A stretch of DNA of 64,000 nt from the human T2T-CHM13v2.0 reference genome, Homo sapiens, in the NCBI RefSeq assembly GCF_009914755.1, contig NC_060936.1; one strand, 5' to 3'. The translations under genes were made by a program, and so were the position numbers. The stretch's first letter is position 1. Each line of letters begins with the position of its first letter. Under the pieces are notes generated by a model, which was given only the letters and a program-made list of their open reading frames with translations, did no database searches and was not told the origin of the DNA. Of this stretch, positions 53,390-64,000 are shown piece after piece.

Positions 53390-54620
53390 CTCTTCTTTAC
53401 ACATGATATTCATGAAAGTATACAGAATATAAATATACACATGATAAGCTAAAACTCAATAAGTCATCAGAAAGTGAACACACACCATGTTAATGAGTCA
53501 AAAAAAAAAAACCTTTTTAAGTCACTCTCAAACCTCTCTTTAATCCACATTACCTACTTCTTTCCCAGAGTAGAATTGCTAGATAAAATACAAAATGTGG
53601 TTTTATTATATACCTAAACAAATTTTTGTTGTTTGTCTGAAATTGAAATTCAACTGAGCATCCTGCATTATTTCTTCTAAATTTAAAAATTCCCTCTTCT
53701 TAACTATAACATAAATTATTTGCCCTTAAAGATTTTATGTACAATGAAATAAATATATTGTGAACACTTCTGTGTCTGATTTCTTTTACTCTTCATTATC
53801 CTTTTGAGCTTTATCTATTGTACTTTCATTACTGTAGTGTATTCTATTTGTCTGAATATTTTCCAGTATTGTCTTCATTATATTGTTCATGAGCATTTAA
53901 ACAGAACCAAGTCAGCACAATCATAATTAATGCAGAATTAATGTTGTTGTACTTATCCCTTGGTGCTCATGTAGATACACTTTAATTGACCATATATTTT
54001 GAAATGAAAGTGCCACACCATGAAGAACACATATATTCAACTTTAGTCAAAATTTCCAAAGATTTATCCAGAATAGCTGTGCCAGCTTATATTCCTAACA
54101 AAAGAATATAGAGCATTTATTCCTCACTATTATTGCCAACACTTGATATTATCAGTCTTAACTTTAACCATCCTGGTAGGAGTAAAGTGGTATTATTGCC
54201 CCATGAGTTCAATTTGCATTTCTGTGATTTCTAATAAGGCTGAGAACGGACTCATATGGTTTAAGGCTATATGAATGTCCCATTTGTTAAGTGCCTCTTC
54301 AAATGTACTGTCAGTATTTTCTATTTTTATGTCTTTCTTTTATAAAAGGGCTTGTGCTAAGTCGCATTTTTCTTTAAATATCTGTTTATTGTAGCTTCAT
54401 AGAAAAATTGATACTTGTGTAGCAGGTTCTACATCCTTGCTTTGTATTTTTTCTTGATTTTTTTTTCTTTTTGCTCGTTTTCAATTACACATTTTTATGT
54501 AAACACTTTACTGAATATTGTTAAGGGTTGTTAATAAATACATAGATAAATTAAGAATAAACTGACATTATTAAGAGCATTCTAGTTAACGACATAGTAA
54601 TAATCTTCATTTATTTAAAT
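53390..54620 (-). mobile_element. L1ME-type 3' region
   Basis: AAAGTGAACACACACCATG, TTCATTACTGTAGTGTATTCTATT, TTGCCAACACTTGATATTATCAGTCTT, ATTTGCATTTCTGTGATTTCTAAT. Confidence 0.7.
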
Positions 54621-54626
54621 CTTAAC

Positions 54627-55200
54627 AGCAGGCAGAAAAATGGCCAATTACTGATATCCACACCCTAATTCCTGGAATAAAAGAATAGATTAGTTTTTGT
54701 GGCAAAAGGTCTTTGCCGATGTAATGAATGTAAGGATCTTGAGATGGAGAGATTATTTTAGATTATGAATGTGGGGCTGATATAATCATCAGGATTCTTA
54801 TAAGAGGGAGGGAAGAAGATCATGGTCAAAGAGAAGATGCTACACTGGTGTTTTTAAAAATGAAAGTTGGAGCCGTAAGTCAAAAAATGAAAGAAGCTTC
54901 TAGAAGCTAGAAAAGGCAAGAAAATTTACTGACCCCTAGAACCTCCAGAATTAACAAAGTCATGTCAAAATCTTGAATTTTAGACTTTCTATTTTCAGAA
55001 CTGTAAGGTAATGAGTTTGCATTTTTTAAGCCACTAAGTATATGGTAATTTGTAGCAGCAGAAATAAGAAACAGATACAGATACTGGTACCTGGAAGTGG
55101 GGTGTTACTGTATCACATGACTGAGATGTGTCAGTAGCTTTAGAATTGAGAAATGAACGAAAGATGAAAAAAATTTTGAAGAGCATAAAATAAAAAGCTA
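54627..55200 (+). mobile_element. MLT1D-like LTR (to 55079) plus first 120 bp of internal sequence
   Basis: GCAGGCAGAAAAATGGCC, AAGGATCTTGAGATGG, TTTTAAGCCACTAAG..TGGTAATTTGT...GATACA|GATACTGGTACCTGGAAGTGGGG. Confidence 0.88.
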
Positions 55201-60778
<5,578 letters not shown>

Positions 60779-61455
60779 TGACAGACAATATGGTTATTTG
60801 TGTTGAAAATTCTAAGGAATACACATGAAATACTCCAGAACTAATATCTGTGATTAGCCAATTCAAGGGCTAGAAGGCCAATACATAAGTCAACGGTATG
60901 CACACCTAGCTCCCAGATCTTGGTTTCAAATACCATTGTCTAATAAAAGAAAACAGAACTTCTTAAAAAGTGACTGATTCTAGGACTGGAACAAAAAATA
61001 TAGAAGATGAGTCTGGAGCATCTTGTAGTGACAAAAATAAAAGTAAAGAAGTACTCAAACTAACAAACACCACCCCTGATAATGGGAGTATGTCAGATGC
61101 ACACAGAGCCAAAACTGAAACAATGTAAGCAAAAACTAAATAAGTAAAATATATAGTATTAGATTACAAACCAAAGTGCAAAATCAATGTGAAGGAGTCC
61201 ATATTGATATAAATACATGAGTGAATAAATAAATATTGGCGAGAAGAGACAAATCTCCTATGCAGAGGATTTCCAATTTATATTGATCCATCACTGTCAT
61301 GGAGGTGAAATATAATTCCCTACTCCTTAAATATGGGCTGTGTATAGTGACTTCCTTCCCAAGGGTACAATGTGGAAAGGAGGGGGAGAAAAGACTAACT
61401 TTACACTCAGAAAACTTCATAAACACTATTTCAGTGAAGTGATCAAAGTGCTATC

Positions 61456-62661
61456 AGTGAAAGATGAACAAAGCCAGATCCTAGCTAAAGTGGTAAGGAC
61501 AGATTTTAATTAGTAATTTACTATTACTGAAAAGTAATTTACTATTACTGGAAAGAGGGTTTAGTGTGGACTGAGCTCATCTTTGATTTATACAGAGGTC
61601 ACTGGGTACTTTAAAGTGAGAATGAGAGAGTAAAGAGAGGGGGCAGACAGGGCTCAGTAAAGTCAAGGAAGTAAAAAAATATATATGAAGAGTTGGTTAG
61701 TGTGAATTATGGTTAGGCCAGCTTTGTCTATTGGCTGGCAGTCAATTACCGAAGCTAGAATTCTATCCTCCCAAAGAGAGTGGGAGACAGAGGCCCTATC
61801 CCTCCTGGTTGATTCCATTAAAAAAAAAAAAATAGCTTTCAGGTCCTTGAGAAAGACATTCCTGAGTTGTAGGAGACACATATACATTTGAAAGGTACAG
61901 AGAAAAGATTCCCATTTAAGCCCTTTTTAGTAAATGATCTAAGAAGAGTGGTTGGAGTGTATAGTCAGATGTTGGCTAGAAGAAACAATATTTTTTTGTA
62001 GCTGTGGAGAAAAAGGTGACTCTGCCTTGGAGCTAATCCACCGTGTTGACTTCTGATTACCCCTATCCCTGGGAATGCCTCCTGGTTTCTACTTTATTTA
62101 CTGTCTCTGGTGTAAACATAAGTCAACCTTAATGTTATCACACAGTATAGGCTATCATGCACATACCATCTTTCCTGCTGGGTTGCCTTTAATTGTCTTG
62201 CTAGAGCAGGTATACTCTTTCCCTATGGGATATAAGCACTGGGTCTGGGGAATAATGGTGCAGAGATCTACCCGTCTTGCTGCCACCCAAGACCCCATTT
62301 CTGACAGCAAGTTCAGTCAATAAAACCACCAATACCAACAAACTGGATTTATCTGCCTCCTTCTTCGGTTGTTTGGCCCCTTGGGCATTTGAAGGTCACT
62401 TTGCCTATATGACCTTTTCAGGGAAGAGCAGACTTAAGTTTTCGCAGGTAGACACTTTAAAGAGTTTAGGGTAATTCTAGAGATGCAGCCTCCTGCTGTT
62501 AGAGACTATGCTAGTCTTTGTTTGTCTTTTAATGTAAAATGCAAAGGTGGATGAAATCATTTGTGTTTAGAATCTAATTTTTATAGGCTAAGGTTCACGC
62601 TTAGTCAGATATAGGTCTCAGAGGAGTTTGACTAGTTTGGTTAAGGAAAGAATCTTTGTCA
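61456..62661 (-). mobile_element. MER67/MER31-group ERV1 solo LTR
   Basis: Minus-strand start TGACAAAGATTCTTTCCTTAACCAAAC; 4-bp TSD TATC at 61452-55 and 62662-65; 21-bp internal tandem near 61512-61550. Confidence 0.8.
62003..62427 (+). mobile_element. LTR47 solo LTR nested in the MER67-like LTR
   Basis: TGTGGAGAAAAAGGTGACTC...GCTAATCCACCGTGTTGACTTCTGATTA...GGGAATGCCTCCTG; TATAA and AATAAAA present. Confidence 0.85.
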
Positions 62662-63296
62662 TATCAACAGTGATGTCATTTGCTAGGAATGCATATGCTC
62701 AATAAGATGTGATTAAAACGATAGCACTTAACCTACGTGGACTTTCTCCCACATACCCATAACCTCCATCTAATCAGGAAAAAAGAAAAAAATCAAATAA
62801 ATGCTCACAGAGGGACAGTCTACAAAATACTTGATGAGTAGTACTCCTCTATGCTGCCAGGGTCATCAAAAACAAAGGAAATTTAAGAAACAATTACCAC
62901 CAAGAGGAGACTAAGGGAACATGACAACTAAATGTAATGTGATATCTTGGTTGGGATCTGGAAGCAGAAAAAAAATATTAGGTGAAAACTAAGAAAATCT
63001 TAATAAAGTATGAATTTTATCTAATAGTGCCTCACTATTGGCTCATCAATCCCAACGAATGTATGATACTAATGTAAAGTGCTATTAATAGGAAGAACTG
63101 GTTGAGGGATATATGGTAACTTTTAAAACTATCTTTAAATTTTCTCTAGAAGTCTAAAACTGTTCTAAAAATAAATATTCATATATAAACCAACTCTATA
63201 CCAACAATAAAAAATTGGAAAATATGAAAGAACAATATCATTTTTAATTATATCAAAGATTAATTAATGTTTTCCATGTGGCCTGTGTGAGTTCTC

Positions 63297-63400
63297 AAAG
63301 ATATAGAACATTCTCCACAAATTTGTGTGTATCCTTACACAGAAGCCATACTAATTGTCTCTGTATCAATCCAACTTTAGTATATGGTTACCAAATTGCA
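63297..63400 (-). pseudogene. RNU6: Degraded near-full-length U6 snRNA retrocopy
   Basis: Reverse complement CATATACTAAAGTTGGATTGATACAGAGACAATTAGTATGGC...AAGGATACACACAAATTTGTGG aligns with U6, including the ACAGAGA box. Confidence 0.88.
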
Positions 63401-63401
63401 T

Positions 63402-64000
63402 GACTTTATTATATTTCTTATGCCTCTAATATCTATAGTGATGTCTCTTCTTTAAGATCGTTCTTTTTTGCTATATAAGCATTTAAAACAATGTATTCCC
63501 TCTGCTTAAGCTATATTTTGCATTTTGATATGTAAGATATATCAATATTATCATTCAGTTTTTATTAAAAAATCTGTAATTTTGTTTATAATTTTTCTTT
63601 AAGCCATGAGTTATTTAGAATTGTTTTGTGAACATTTTAGGTATCTTATAAACTGATTTCTAATTTAATTGTATGTTTATCTGAGTAGTACTTTGGTTTC
63701 AATATTTAAAACATATTAAGTATGTGTGTTTTCTGTCACAGTATATAGTCTGAGTGGTGAATATTCCATCTGTGCAAGAAAAATAATATGCACTCCACTT
63801 TATTAAGGATAGTATTCTAATGTTAATTACATCCCTTTAGTTATTACTTCAGGTTTCAGTATTCTTACAGAGAGAGGGGTGTTGAAGTCTCAACTATAAT
63901 TTTGTATTTGTCTGTGTTCATTTTCAGTTCTGACAGTTGTTGCTTCACATATTTTTTTCAACTTGTCATATCAACCCTGAGAGAGATGTTGCATTTCTAT
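63402..64000 (-). mobile_element. Old L1M ORF2 endonuclease-region relic
   Basis: Antisense ATTATAGTTGAGACTTCAACACCCCTCTCTC (I(V)GDFNTPLS-like) and CTAAATAACTCATGG. Confidence 0.75.

Larger units (their letters stand above)
60779..63180 (+). mobile_element. L1M ORF2 scrap plus L1MC-type 3'UTR, interrupted by nested LTRs
   Basis: CCCAGATCTTGGTTTC, GATTCTAGGACTGG, GATGAGTCTGGAGCATCTTGTAGTG, GACAACTAAATGTAATGTG, GTCTAAAACTGTTCTAAAAATAAA. Confidence 0.85.

Overview
AT-rich, repeat-dominated human genomic DNA; an AluYb8 with its diagnostic 7-bp duplication indicates human. No intact cellular protein-coding gene is supportable, and almost all ORF-track entries are Alu, L1, LTR or low-complexity translations. 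The window holds several LINE-1 generations (near-full-length 3'-truncated L1PA7, L1MA, twin-primed L1PA8/10, L1PA15-16 5' half, L1M relics), 7 Alu/FLAM copies, many MaLR/ERV1/ERVL LTRs, DNA-transposon fossils (Tigger2a, MER20, MER5A), L2/MIR, an RPL31 processed pseudogene and a decayed U6 retrocopy. Repeat subfamily names were assigned by eye from remembered consensus sequences and need RepeatMasker/Dfam confirmation. I found no convincing undescribed biological system. The best leads are an unexplained ~185-bp diverged direct repeat beside minus-strand exon-like signals (11.1-12.6 kb), a fold-back/templated-insertion scar at the Tigger2a end (24.7 kb), two 'sense, inverted continuation, rest lost' junctions (37.7 and 50.2 kb), and an open ORF0-like frame with a strong splice donor in the L1PA7 (55.7 kb).
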